A DNA stretch of 64,000 nucleotides. Source: an uncultured Planctomycetia bacterium. GTDB lineage: Bacteria; Omnitrophota; Gorgyraeia; Tantalellales; Tantalellaceae. Location: the NCBI GenBank assembly GCA_964409365.1, contig CAYPCX010000006.1, forward strand, positions 21,012 through 85,011. The letters are read 5' to 3'. The position numbers and the translations under genes are program-made. Shown here one piece after another: positions 1 through 9,090 of the stretch. Each line of letters opens with the position of its first letter. The first letter of the stretch is position 1. The notes beneath the pieces are model-generated. The model saw only the letters and a program-made list of their open reading frames with translations, made no database searches and was not told the DNA's origin.

Positions 1-569
1 ACCGGCGTCACCGGCTGCAGGACGACGACGTTGTCCTTGCTAAGGCCCGAGACCATCTCGCTCATCATCTTGATGTCGTCCATGCCCGTCGAATCGGTAA
101 CAACGGCCTTGACTATAAGTTCCTTTCGCGAGGCGAGACGCGCGAAGGCCTTGTGGATACCCCAGAAATCGACCAGGTATCCCGCGGATGACGGCAGTTT
201 GACGTCCATGGATATTATGTCGACGTATTCCAGCACGCTTTCCAGTTCCTCCGGGAGAGTACCGTTCGTCTCAAGGTACACCTCGTGCTTCCTGTGCTTT
301 CTGAAAAGCGGCAGGAACTCCTTTAAAAAACCCGCGTAAAGAAGGGGTTCTCCGCCCGTAAGGGTAAGCTCGTTGTAATCGTCCTCGAAATCGAGGATCT
401 TTCCCAGCAAGGCCTCCCTCGTAAAAGACTTGTAGCTTTCCAGGTGCGTATCGCAGAACTGGCAATCCAGGTTGCACCCCCAGAAACGGATAAAGAGCTG
501 CTTGCTCCCCGCGAAGGGGCCCTCACCCTGATATGACAGAAATATCTCCGAGACTTTAGCCTGTGTCAT
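1..569 (-). CDS. queE: 7-carboxy-7-deazaguanine synthase (radical SAM); 3' end runs off the window
   Basis: Manual translation from ATG at 569: MTQAKVSEIFLSYQGEGPFAGSKQLFIRFWGCNLDCQFCDT, with the QueE SxQGEG and CxxxCxxC motifs; adjacent to queC/queD. Confidence 0.92.
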   Translation of the reverse strand, partial: MTQAKVSEIFLSYQGEGPFAGSKQLFIRFWGCNLDCQFCDTHLESYKSFTREALLGKILDFEDDYNELTLTGGEPLLYAGFLKEFLPLFRKHRKHEVYLETNGTLPEELESVLEYVDIISMDVKLPSSAGYLVDFWGIHKAFARLASRKELIVKAVVTDSTGMDDIKMMSEMVSGLSKDNVVVLQPVTP

Positions 570-573
570 TCTT

Positions 574-627
574 CAAGTAACAAGTAACAAGTATCAAGTA
601 ACAAGTATCAAGTAACAAGTATCAAGG
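574..627. repeat. Heptamer tandem array (CAAGTAA/CAAGTAT) x7
   Basis: caagtaa caagtaa caagtat caagtaa caagtat caagtaa caagtat caagg; includes the queC stop codon. Confidence 0.95.
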
Positions 628-1287
628 ACATTTTGCGGGGTCTTTGATCCCCATTTCCTCGAACGCTCTTTTACGGAAAAGACACGATTCGCATTTTCCG
701 CACGGTTCGTCACCGCCGGCGTAACATGACCACGTGCTCTCGAACGGAACTCCCAGCTTGATGCCGAGCTTGATTATTTCCTTCTTCGTCATGTCGATAA
801 GCGGTGCCTCAATTTTTATTTTTTCCCCTTCGACCCCGCGCTTCGTGCCGTGGCGGGCCGTTTCCTGGAAACTTTTAAAAAACACCTCCCGGCAATCGGG
901 GTAATTCGAGAAATCCATCTGCTGCGCCCCTATGAAGACCGCTTCGGCCCCGATGACCTCCGCGAAAGACACGCCATAGCTTAAAAAGATCATGTTCCGC
1001 GCCGGTACGTACGTCTCGGGTATGGACCCGCCTTCGCTTACCAGGCCCTCCGGGATAGTTTTTCCGACATCCAGCAGAGCGCTTCCCTCCCAGGGCAGCG
1101 ATATGTCAAGGACCCAGTAACTGCAGCCCGCTTTCTCGGCAACGTTCCGCGCGCAGTCGATCTCTTTCGCGGCTTTCTGCCCATAGTCAAATATGAGCAC
1201 GTGACACTCGTGGTCCTTCTTTGCCGCGTGAAGCGTGACCGCCGAATCCATCCCTCCCGACAACAGCACGACCGCTTTCTTGTTCAC
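622..1287 (-). CDS. queC: 7-cyano-7-deazaguanine synthase
   Basis: SGGMDS, TYVPARN, YPDCR and SCY..PCGKCESC motifs. Confidence 0.96.
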   Translation of the reverse strand: MNKKAVVLLSGGMDSAVTLHAAKKDHECHVLIFDYGQKAAKEIDCARNVAEKAGCSYWVLDISLPWEGSALLDVGKTIPEGLVSEGGSIPETYVPARNMIFLSYGVSFAEVIGAEAVFIGAQQMDFSNYPDCREVFFKSFQETARHGTKRGVEGEKIKIEAPLIDMTKKEIIKLGIKLGVPFESTWSCYAGGDEPCGKCESCLFRKRAFEEMGIKDPAKCP

Positions 1288-1304
1288 CGTGGTACCCTTT
1301 TGTT

Positions 1305-1344
1305 AGTGTCAGAGTGTCAAAGTAAACTATGACACTTTGACACT
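1305..1344. repeat. Inverted repeat built of 8-mer units (AGTGTCAR ... TGACACTT)
   Basis: agtgtcagagtgtcaaagt-aa-actatgacactttgacact: 19-bp arms with 2 mismatches. Confidence 0.85.
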
Positions 1345-1354
1345 TTCATTACTT

Positions 1355-1720
1355 TCACCCTTGTGTATACGTGGCAGACGAGGACCCGGTCTCCCACACC
1401 GTCACCTCTTTCAGTTTCAAGCCGGGCCGCCTTCTCGATATATCTTCATAGACATGCCGGGCTATGTTCTCCGATGTCGGGTTCATGTCCCTGAAACACT
1501 CCAGTTCATTAAGATGCTTATGATCAAGCTCCGCTATGCTTTCTTTGAGAAGGCCCTTCAGTTCCTTGAAATCTATCACCATACCGGTCGCGTCGAGCTT
1601 CCCGGACGACGCCACTACCTCGACCTGCCAGTTGTGCCCGTGCAGGTCCTCACACTTACCCTTGTAACCTTTCAGGTTATGGGCGCTGCTGAAATCCGAT
1701 CTTACCCGTACAGTATACAT
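1355..1720 (-). CDS. queD: 6-carboxytetrahydropterin synthase
   Basis: FSSAH, CEDLHGHNW, LDHKHLN, PTSENIA and VWET motifs. Confidence 0.95.
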   Translation of the reverse strand: MYTVRVRSDFSSAHNLKGYKGKCEDLHGHNWQVEVVASSGKLDATGMVIDFKELKGLLKESIAELDHKHLNELECFRDMNPTSENIARHVYEDISRRRPGLKLKEVTVWETGSSSATYTQG

Positions 1721-1721
1721 T

Positions 1722-2264
1722 TTAATCGTTAAAATACCTTGAAGTGACCTTGTCCCATGTTCCCTGGGCCTTAAGGATCAGATCGCACACCTCTCGTACC
1801 GCGCCGCGACCCCCCTGTTTCTCCGTGATCAGATGGGATATCTTCCTTACTTCGTCCATAGCGTTCGGAGGGGATACCGCCAGGCCCGCGCGCTTGAGTA
1901 TCGGAATGTCGATGAGATCGTCCCCGATGAAACATATCTCTTCGTCCGTCACCCTGAACTTCCTGCGTATCTTCCTGAGAGCCGTTATCTTGTAATGGAA
2001 ATCGTGATAAAGCTTGTCCACCTTCAGCTCCCTGGCCCGTCTTTTCACGCACCCGGAAGCCTTCGCCGTGAGAAAAACCACCTTCACGCCTGAACGTCTG
2101 ACGAGATAGATCCCCAGACCGTCGTTGACGTCGAAGAACTTCAACTCGTCCCCGAAACTGGAAAGGATCAGCCTGCGATCGGTCAGGACGCCGTCCACGT
2201 CCAGTCCGAGCAGTTTGATCTTCTTCGCCCTTTCAATAACATCAGAAGAATATTTGTTTAACAT
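1722..2264 (-). CDS. kdsC: Kdo-8-phosphate phosphatase (HAD family)
   Basis: DVDGVLTD, IGDDLID and GGRGAVRE motifs; kds context. Confidence 0.93.
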   Translation of the reverse strand: MLNKYSSDVIERAKKIKLLGLDVDGVLTDRRLILSSFGDELKFFDVNDGLGIYLVRRSGVKVVFLTAKASGCVKRRARELKVDKLYHDFHYKITALRKIRRKFRVTDEEICFIGDDLIDIPILKRAGLAVSPPNAMDEVRKISHLITEKQGGRGAVREVCDLILKAQGTWDKVTSRYFND

Positions 2265-2279
2265 GATTACTCCAATTTA

Positions 2280-2347
2280 GTAACCAGTTACCCGTAACCA
2301 GTTACCAGATTATCTCTTCTGGTTACTGGAAACCGGTTGCTGGTTAC
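2280..2347. repeat. Inverted heptamer arrays (GTAACCA)n ... (TGGTTAC)n
   Basis: gtaacca gttaccc gtaacca gttacca, short spacer, tggttac tggaaac cggttgc tggttac. Confidence 0.9.
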
Positions 2348-2354
2348 AACTCTT

Positions 2355-3314
2355 CTACACAAGTCCCGCTTTGAGGATATCCTGGACGTCCAAAAGCCCC
2401 ACCGGACGACCCTTGTCGTCCACAACGGGTATCTCGTCAATGTGCTTGTCCCTGAGTATCTCAAAAGCTTCCGCGGCCAGCCGCGAGGACATTATCGTGA
2501 CAGGGTCCTTTGTCATCACGTCGTTCACCTTGCAATTCAACAGACCTTCGCCGACCTCGATGTGGCGCCTTAGATCGCCGTCCGTAAAGATACCTATCAA
2601 CTTGCCCCTCCCGTCGACCACGCTGGCGCTGCCGGCCCTCATCTTAGTGATCTTCAGAAGCACGTCCTTTACCTTCGTGTTCTTCGAAACTACCGGGGTA
2701 TGGGCCTTGGACCGCATGATATCGCCTACCCTGAGAAGAAGCCTTTTCCCCAGTGACCCGCCGGGATGATAGAACGCGAAATCCTTCGGCTGAAAGTTCT
2801 TTTTTTCGAGAAGCGCGATCGCCAGCGCGTCACCGAGAGCCAGCATGGCCGTTGTCGAAGTCGTGGGCGCCAGGCCCATGGGGCACGCTTCCTTGTCCAC
2901 GGAACTGTCGATGACGAAATCGCTGTTCACCGCGAGAGTGGACTTCCTGTTCCCGGTGATGGCGATCAACTTGGACCCTATTTTTTTGATGATGGGCAGG
3001 AGCTTTACCATCTCCTCCGTTTCACCGCTGTTAGAAAAGGCGACGATGACGTCGTTCCGCGTTACCCGCCCGAGGTCGCCGTGAAGAGCCTCCGCCGGAT
3101 GCAGATAAAGCGAAGGCGTACCCGTGGAGGACAGCGTAGCCGAGACTTTCTGGGCGATGAACCCGGGCTTGCCCATGCCGGTCACGATTATCCTGCCTCT
3201 ATTTTTGGCCAGAAGGTTCACTATTTTTTCGAAATTCCTGTCGACCCTGTCCACCAGACCGGCTATGGCCTTGCTTTCATTTTTCAGTACTTTTTTCGCT
3301 CTTGAAATGCTCAT
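2355..3314 (-). CDS. kdsD: Arabinose-5-phosphate isomerase (KpsF/GutQ, SIS+CBS)
   Basis: GMGKPG, HPAEALHGDLG, APTTSTT and HPGGSLG motifs; CBS pair. Confidence 0.95.
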   Translation of the reverse strand: MSISRAKKVLKNESKAIAGLVDRVDRNFEKIVNLLAKNRGRIIVTGMGKPGFIAQKVSATLSSTGTPSLYLHPAEALHGDLGRVTRNDVIVAFSNSGETEEMVKLLPIIKKIGSKLIAITGNRKSTLAVNSDFVIDSSVDKEACPMGLAPTTSTTAMLALGDALAIALLEKKNFQPKDFAFYHPGGSLGKRLLLRVGDIMRSKAHTPVVSKNTKVKDVLLKITKMRAGSASVVDGRGKLIGIFTDGDLRRHIEVGEGLLNCKVNDVMTKDPVTIMSSRLAAEAFEILRDKHIDEIPVVDDKGRPVGLLDVQDILKAGLV

Positions 3315-3317
3315 GGT

Positions 3318-4139
3318 TTACCTTACCGCTTTTTCTATTTTTTTGATGTTACCTAAAAAGTCGTCAAGTTCCTCTATCGCCAGCATATTGGGCCCGTCGC
3401 TCCTGGCTTTCGCGGGATCCTCATGCACTTCCACGAAAAGCAGGTCGCACCCTATGGCGACGGCCGCTTTTGACAGGGGGAGCACATACCTCGAGTCACC
3501 GCCGCTCGCGGTGCCTTCCCCGCCGGGCATCTGGACGGAATGCGTCGCGTCGTAAACGACCGGGTAGCCGGTTTGGCCCATTTGCACGATAGCGCGAAAA
3601 TCGTTGACCAGCATATTGTATCCGAACGTGGTCCCTCTTTCGGTGAGCAGGATGCCGCGGTTACCCGCGGACTCTATCTTGGCGACCACGTTATCCATCT
3701 CCCCCGGGGACATGAACTGTCCCTTTTTCACGTTGATGACCTTCCCGGTGGACGCGGCTTTAAGTATCAGATCGGTCTGTCTGCACAGAAAAGCCGGTAT
3801 CTGCAGAACGTCCAATACTTCCGCGGCGGGACCTACTTCTTCCACGCTGTGAACATCGCTCAGGACCGGCACACCAAGTTCATCGCGCACGGCGCCGAGG
3901 ACTTTAAGCCCTTTTTCAAGGCCGGGCCCCCTGAAAGAGATCACCGAACTCCTGTTGGCTTTGTCATAACTGGACTTGAAAATGAACGGTATGCCGTGCT
4001 TGTCGGCTATCTTTTTTATCTTCGAAGCGTGCTCCATCGCGCTCTTTTCCGACTCGATCACGCACGGCCCGGCGATAAGCGCGAGGGGCTTGCCTTTTCC
4101 CACAACGATATCTTTTATTTTAACCGTCTTGGTCGCCAT
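3318..4139 (-). CDS. kdsA: Kdo-8-phosphate synthase
   Basis: AGPCVIES, KSSYDKANRSS, PAFLCRQTD and DATHSVQ motifs. Confidence 0.97.
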   Translation of the reverse strand: MATKTVKIKDIVVGKGKPLALIAGPCVIESEKSAMEHASKIKKIADKHGIPFIFKSSYDKANRSSVISFRGPGLEKGLKVLGAVRDELGVPVLSDVHSVEEVGPAAEVLDVLQIPAFLCRQTDLILKAASTGKVINVKKGQFMSPGEMDNVVAKIESAGNRGILLTERGTTFGYNMLVNDFRAIVQMGQTGYPVVYDATHSVQMPGGEGTASGGDSRYVLPLSKAAVAIGCDLLFVEVHEDPAKARSDGPNMLAIEELDDFLGNIKKIEKAVR

Positions 4140-4899
4140 GTGCCTCCAGGATCTCTTTTACCTTCTCCAGGTCCTCCGGGGTATCGACCCCGACGGTATC
4201 ATACCGCGTCTCCACCGTCCGTATCTTGTATCCGTGCTCAAGCGCCCGCAGCTGCTCCAGGCCCTCTTCCTCCTCAAGGGTCGACTTCGGAAGGTTCGTG
4301 TACGTGAACAGGAAATCCTTCGTGTAGGCGTACATCCCTATATGCTTGAAATACCTGCCGCTCACGTCTTCCAGATCGGCCGGGCCCATTACCGCATCTT
4401 CGCCGGCCGTGCGCAAATAGGGTATGGGACTCCTTGAAAAATAAAGAGCGAACCCTTTCCTGTCAACGACCGCTTTTACCACGTTGGGATCGGTGATCTC
4501 TTCTTTCCTGTGTATCCTTTTGACGAGCGTGGCCATATGGACGTTCCTTTCGTACTCGAACACCTGCGCCAGCTCGTCTATCATCAGGGGATGCACAAGC
4601 GGTTCGTCCGCCTGTATGTTCACCACCACGTCGGCATCCACGGAACTCATCACCTCGGCCAGCCGGTCGGTGCCGGAAGGCTGCTCGGGCGAAGTGAAAA
4701 CGGCTTTCCCGCCGAAAGATTCCACCGCCTTGAACACCCTTTCCCTGTCCACGGCCACTATCACGTCGTCTATGTCATGCGCTTTACTGACGCGTTCCCA
4801 GACATGCTGGACCATCGGTTTCCCGTTTATGTCCGCGAGTACCTTACCCTTGAACCTGGTGGAATACCATCTTGCCGGTATTACAGCGATTATCTTCAA
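4120..4899 (-). CDS. kdsB: CMP-Kdo synthetase
   Basis: IPARWYSTRFKGK, SGTDR, ALYFSRSPIP and LEQLRALE motifs. Confidence 0.96.
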   Translation of the reverse strand: MKIIAVIPARWYSTRFKGKVLADINGKPMVQHVWERVSKAHDIDDVIVAVDRERVFKAVESFGGKAVFTSPEQPSGTDRLAEVMSSVDADVVVNIQADEPLVHPLMIDELAQVFEYERNVHMATLVKRIHRKEEITDPNVVKAVVDRKGFALYFSRSPIPYLRTAGEDAVMGPADLEDVSGRYFKHIGMYAYTKDFLFTYTNLPKSTLEEEEGLEQLRALEHGYKIRTVETRYDTVGVDTPEDLEKVKEILEAHGDQDG

Positions 4900-4903
4900 A
4901 TCT

Positions 4904-5917
4904 TCACTTCCCGGTTACCTGTTTTAATCTGCTCAGGAGCTCTTTCTGTTCGACAACGGCCGTACCCTCCCGTTCGACGACCATTCCGGCGGCGCAATTA
5001 GCTATACGTGCCGCCTGAATAGGCGATCCTCCGCTCACGGCCGAAAGCGCGTATACGGCGATAACGGTGTCTCCCGCGCCTGATACATCAAAAACTTCCT
5101 GGACGAGCGTGGATATCTTATGAGGCCTTTTCCCTTTTTCAAAGACCATCATGCCCCCTTCACCGAGGGTTATGAGTATAACGTCGGCCTTATGTTTCCT
5201 GACAAGTTTATCGCCGGCCTTAAATAACGCCTCTTTGCTGTCTATGGCAAAACCCACGTCCTTTTCGGCTTCATGGCGGTTGGGCGTTATCACGCTGACG
5301 TCCTTGTAGTAACCAAAATGGCTTTCTTTGGGGTCGACCGCGACGAACTTCTTATTCCTCTTAGCGAGGCGGACCACTTCACTGATAAGCTGGGGAGTGA
5401 TAACACCCTTGCCGTAATCCTCGATCACCAGCGCGTCAAACTCTTTTATACTTTTTTTCACGTATTTCAGGATCGTTTTCTGGTGCCTGAGGGGTATCTG
5501 GTGAATGTCCTCCCTGTCTATGCGGACGACCTGCTGGGGAGAAGGGTTGTGTGCAATGACCCGCGTTTTCAGGCTTGTAGGACGTTTGCCGTCGGAAATA
5601 ACACCATCCGTGGAAATGTTCCTGTTATGAAGCTCCTCGATCAGCTTTCTGGTCTTTTCGTCTCCTCCGCTTCCGACAACTCCCACCAGAGACACTTTTG
5701 CGCCTAAGCTCGAAAGATTGTTCGCGACGTTACATGCCCCTCCCGGCACATAGCTTTCTTTTTTTACCCATACCACGGGTACCGGGGCTTCGGGTGATAT
5801 ACGCGAGACCTCTCCCCATATATACTGGTCAAGGAGAAGGTCCCCGATGACCATGATCTTCTTCTGGCGAAACTTTTTTACTATATTGGCCAGAGTAGAG
5901 TATTTATATTGTTTCAT
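4904..5917 (-). CDS. rfaE1: D-glycero-beta-D-manno-heptose-7-phosphate kinase (stand-alone RfaE domain I)
   Basis: RISPEAPVPV, DYGKG and VFDVSGAGDTV PfkB motifs. Confidence 0.93.
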   Translation of the reverse strand: MKQYKYSTLANIVKKFRQKKIMVIGDLLLDQYIWGEVSRISPEAPVPVVWVKKESYVPGGACNVANNLSSLGAKVSLVGVVGSGGDEKTRKLIEELHNRNISTDGVISDGKRPTSLKTRVIAHNPSPQQVVRIDREDIHQIPLRHQKTILKYVKKSIKEFDALVIEDYGKGVITPQLISEVVRLAKRNKKFVAVDPKESHFGYYKDVSVITPNRHEAEKDVGFAIDSKEALFKAGDKLVRKHKADVILITLGEGGMMVFEKGKRPHKISTLVQEVFDVSGAGDTVIAVYALSAVSGGSPIQAARIANCAAGMVVEREGTAVVEQKELLSRLKQVTGK

Positions 5918-5978
5918 CGATTTTACCTCCGAACTTTGCCCGCTAAAAATATTATTATAAAAGGGTATATCGGCGGGT

Positions 5979-6008
5979 ATTTTAGCATGTATGTCCTCAG
6001 GATGTCAA
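5979..6008 (-). promoter_or_regulatory. Putative sigma70 promoter for the rfaE1-kds-que genes
   Basis: Minus strand TTGACA-18 nt-TAAAAT with an extended -10 TG. Confidence 0.6.
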
Positions 6009-6076
6009 TTTCATTACACGCCAGCGTAAATCTGACTTTTCTCAGTTTAACTTTCTGCGTTGAGATGAACTGGTCT

Positions 6077-6394
6077 TCAGAGAGTAGCGTCTATCCTGGA
6101 TACAAGGTCTACTTTCGGGACCACGCCTATGATCTTGTCGACCGCCTCCCCGCCCTTGAATATTATCATCGTGGGGATGTTCATTATACCGTATTGTGAA
6201 GAAGTTTGCGGGGCTTCCTCCACGTTAAGTTTGCAGATCTTGACTTTGCCGTTATATTCCTCGGCTATCTCACCCAGGATGGGAGCTATCATCTTGCAGG
6301 GACCGCACCATTCGGCCCAGAAATCCACCAGGACGGGCAGTTCCGCGTCCAGCACTTCCTGTTTGAAGTTGACGTCATTTACGTTGATTTCCAT
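6077..6394 (-). CDS. trxA: Thioredoxin
   Basis: DFWAEWCGPC motif. Confidence 0.97.
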   Translation of the reverse strand: MEINVNDVNFKQEVLDAELPVLVDFWAEWCGPCKMIAPILGEIAEEYNGKVKICKLNVEEAPQTSSQYGIMNIPTMIIFKGGEAVDKIIGVVPKVDLVSRIDATL

Positions 6395-6411
6395 GATTTT
6401 TCTCCTTTATT

Positions 6412-7455
6412 TTATTTAACACCTGTCTGGTCCAGGACTTTTTCCGATGCCTCGATGACCTCCTCGACCGTGATCGCTTTCAAGCATTCGAAACCCTTAT
6501 CGCAATCGTGGGCAAGGCAGACTTCGCATCCCACATCCTTGTGAAGAATAACATCCCTGCCGCCGAGAGGTCCCCATCTCCCGGGAGAAAGCCCGGGGTC
6601 CTTCCTGCCGAAGATAGCGACCACCGGCGTATTAACGGCCGACGCGATATGTACCGGTCCGGAATCATTCGAAATAAAGAGCCGGCAACGTGAAAGGAAT
6701 TCGGCAAGTTCACCCACCAGAAGCATACCGGTAATATCTGCCACCCTGGTCTTCGCCATCTGCGTCACCCTGTCGCTGAAAGATCTTGTCTCATCACCGC
6801 CGACAAGCACTATGCTGTACCCTTTCCCGTTCAACTCATCGGCCAGCGCGGCGAACCTTTCGGGCGGCCACCTTTTAGAAGGACAGCTCGCTCCCGCGTG
6901 AAGGGCGATAATGTCGCCGCCGATCGCCTGATCCCTCATTACAGTGTCGACCAGTCGCCTGTCCCCGTCATCGGTGAACATGTACGGACGCCTGTCGGCG
7001 CCGTCCACGTCGAAGCCGGCACGCTCGAGAAGATCGAAGTTGTAATCCGCCTCGTGCATGCCGCCTTCCTGTTTAAAGTGGGCTATCCTTTTCGTAAGAA
7101 GCCATCCCGTCTTTTTGTCGTACCCTATTCTCTCGGGGATCCCGGCCAGCTTCAGCATAATGTGCACCCTGTTCGTCGGATGCAGCGCTATCGCCGTATC
7201 GAATCTTTTTTTCCGGAGCCCGAACGCGAACTTCACGGTGCCGGGGAAACTCTTCTGAAAACCGTATTTGTCGTAAAGTATCACTTCATTGAGATCGGGA
7301 TTGTTGTCCACGACGTCATGGTTCTCGGGCCTGACCATCATGGCGATGTAGGCGTCGGGGTAAAGCTTGCGAAGGTGCCTTATCACGGGCGTGCTCAGCA
7401 CCACGTCTCCGAGTCGATCAGTACGGGTTATTAGTATTCGCTTTGGTTCTTGCAT
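6412..7455 (-). CDS. GT9 LPS heptosyltransferase (WaaF/WaaQ-like)
   Basis: RTDRLGDVVL, KRWP and SNDSGPVHIA motifs; start moved to MQEPK because the upstream ORF extension is repeat-derived. Confidence 0.88.
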   Translation of the reverse strand: MQEPKRILITRTDRLGDVVLSTPVIRHLRKLYPDAYIAMMVRPENHDVVDNNPDLNEVILYDKYGFQKSFPGTVKFAFGLRKKRFDTAIALHPTNRVHIMLKLAGIPERIGYDKKTGWLLTKRIAHFKQEGGMHEADYNFDLLERAGFDVDGADRRPYMFTDDGDRRLVDTVMRDQAIGGDIIALHAGASCPSKRWPPERFAALADELNGKGYSIVLVGGDETRSFSDRVTQMAKTRVADITGMLLVGELAEFLSRCRLFISNDSGPVHIASAVNTPVVAIFGRKDPGLSPGRWGPLGGRDVILHKDVGCEVCLAHDCDKGFECLKAITVEEVIEASEKVLDQTGVK

Positions 7456-7459
7456 GTTT

Positions 7460-7590
7460 AAGTTACAAGTTACAAATGAAAAATTAAAAATCAAAGTTAA
7501 AAGTTCAAAAGTAAAAGCTTTTGTTTGAAGAAGTTTTTTTGTCCATAATTTTTGACTCTAAATTTCAATCCTTGATTCTTAAATCTTAAT
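7460..7590. repeat. AT-rich degenerate inverted heptamer arrays
   Basis: aagttac aagttac aaatgaa aaattaa aaatcaa ... tttgact ctaaatt tcaatcc ttgattc ttaaatc ttaa. Confidence 0.7.
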
Positions 7591-8095
7591 TCTTCACTAA
7601 CTCCTCGTATACCTTCCGGTATATCTCGTAGTCACCCTCCGAAAAACATACATAAACGATCTTATCAAAGTCGTTGATCCGGCTGAGGCCTTCCTCGATC
7701 GCTATCCTCGTGGCGTCTTCGATAGGATACCCGTATATACCGGTACTTATAGCGGGAAAAGCGATAGAGCCCATGCCGTTCTCTTTCGCGAGGCTGAAAC
7801 TGTTCGCATAACAGCTCCTTAATAGTTCCGGCTCCCCGGACTTCCCCCCGTTCCACACCGGGCCGGGCGTGTGGATTATCTTCTTCGCTTTAAGTTCTCC
7901 CGCGCCGGTGATAACGGCATCGCCCGTTTTGCATCCTCCGATCTTCCTGCACTCATCCATAACGGCAGGCCCGGCCGCCTTGTGAATGGCCCCGTCCACT
8001 CCACCGCCTCCCCTGAGGCCGGTATTGGCGGCGTTTACGATCACATCGACGTCTTCCTTCGTTATGTCACCCCGTTTAATGACCATCTTACCCAT
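7586..8095 (-). CDS. Macro-domain protein (O-acetyl-ADP-ribose deacetylase, YmdB-like)
   Basis: GDIT, IVNAAN, GGGVDGAIH and AFPAISTGIYGYP motifs. Confidence 0.93.
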   Translation of the reverse strand: MGKMVIKRGDITKEDVDVIVNAANTGLRGGGGVDGAIHKAAGPAVMDECRKIGGCKTGDAVITGAGELKAKKIIHTPGPVWNGGKSGEPELLRSCYANSFSLAKENGMGSIAFPAISTGIYGYPIEDATRIAIEEGLSRINDFDKIVYVCFSEGDYEIYRKVYEELVKN

Positions 8096-9086
8096 ATAAT
8101 ACCTCTTTCGCGGCATCGAACACTTTTTCCACGGAAAGCCCCGGGAGACATCCCTCATCGGGGCCTACCCGGCATAAAGCCCTCCCGCAGGGACGGCACG
8201 GAACGTCCGGGTTGAGGACCCTGCTCTTTTTCGACAACGGCCCGTATTTCTTCTCGTCCGAAGGCCCGAAAATAGCGATAACGGGTGTATCCACCGCGCT
8301 GGCCACATGCATCGGCGCGCTGTCATTCGTCACCAGGAGGTCCGCCCTCTTGATGAACCCGGTAAGCAGACCGAGCGAAGTCCTGCGGGAAAGGTCCGTC
8401 ACTTCCTCTTTTACGCAGGACATGAACTTTTCCACTACTTCCTTGTCGTCCTCGTTCCCTACTACCAGGATTTTACACCCGGTGTCCGAGACCAGTTTGT
8501 CGGAAAGAGCCGCGAAATTCTCCGCTCCCCACCTCTTGAGATGGCTTTTAGCCCCGGGATTGATGATCACGATCTTTCTGTCTCCGGCACTCTTAAGCGT
8601 CTCTTCCACGGTCTTCTCTTCCTGTTCGATCACGGGCATGAAGAACCTGTTCCCCGAGAACGGATCGATACCTAACCCCGCGAGTTTCGCGAGATGTTCA
8701 TCCTTTTTGTGACCTGTGTGTATTCCGGAAGGTCTTTTATATAAAGGGTTTACGTTAAATATCCCGGTGCGGTGCTTTGCCCCGACGATATAAGGGATGA
8801 GTGAATTCTTGAGATCCACGACCAGGTCGTATTTCGCGCGGCGCAGGTCACGGATATATTCGAAATATTCGCCCAGGGACCTGTCCTTCTTGTGTATGAT
8901 CACGTCCCTTACCGCGGGATGAAGGAGAAATATCTCATCGCCCGGCAGCCCGGTGACAACATCGATCTCGGCTCCGGGGAACTCATCGTGCAGCTTCTCC
9001 AGGACCGGGGTGGTCAATATTATATCACCGAGGTTGCTCAGCGTGATAAAAAGTATCGTTCTTACCTTTTCCTTGTCTATTTTCAT
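8088..9086 (-). CDS. GT9 glycosyltransferase (heptosyltransferase family)
   Basis: LSNLGDIIL, KRW and TNDSAPMHVA motifs. Confidence 0.9.
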   Translation of the reverse strand: MKIDKEKVRTILFITLSNLGDIILTTPVLEKLHDEFPGAEIDVVTGLPGDEIFLLHPAVRDVIIHKKDRSLGEYFEYIRDLRRAKYDLVVDLKNSLIPYIVGAKHRTGIFNVNPLYKRPSGIHTGHKKDEHLAKLAGLGIDPFSGNRFFMPVIEQEEKTVEETLKSAGDRKIVIINPGAKSHLKRWGAENFAALSDKLVSDTGCKILVVGNEDDKEVVEKFMSCVKEEVTDLSRRTSLGLLTGFIKRADLLVTNDSAPMHVASAVDTPVIAIFGPSDEKKYGPLSKKSRVLNPDVPCRPCGRALCRVGPDEGCLPGLSVEKVFDAAKEVLYG

Positions 9087-9090
9087 CAAG

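Noticed and set aside
1-1720. queD/C/E as a 7-deazaguanine DNA-modification (dpd) island
   Set aside because: No dpdA or other dpd genes are visible; the context fits ordinary queuosine synthesis, although the region left of the window is unseen.
7456-7494. N-terminal extensions in the ORF track (also aroK, thiL, tsaE, cysS, lysS, topA, xerC, metG)
   Set aside because: They derive from repeats, overlaps or untranslated leaders; downstream ATGs match family N-termini and often have SD motifs.
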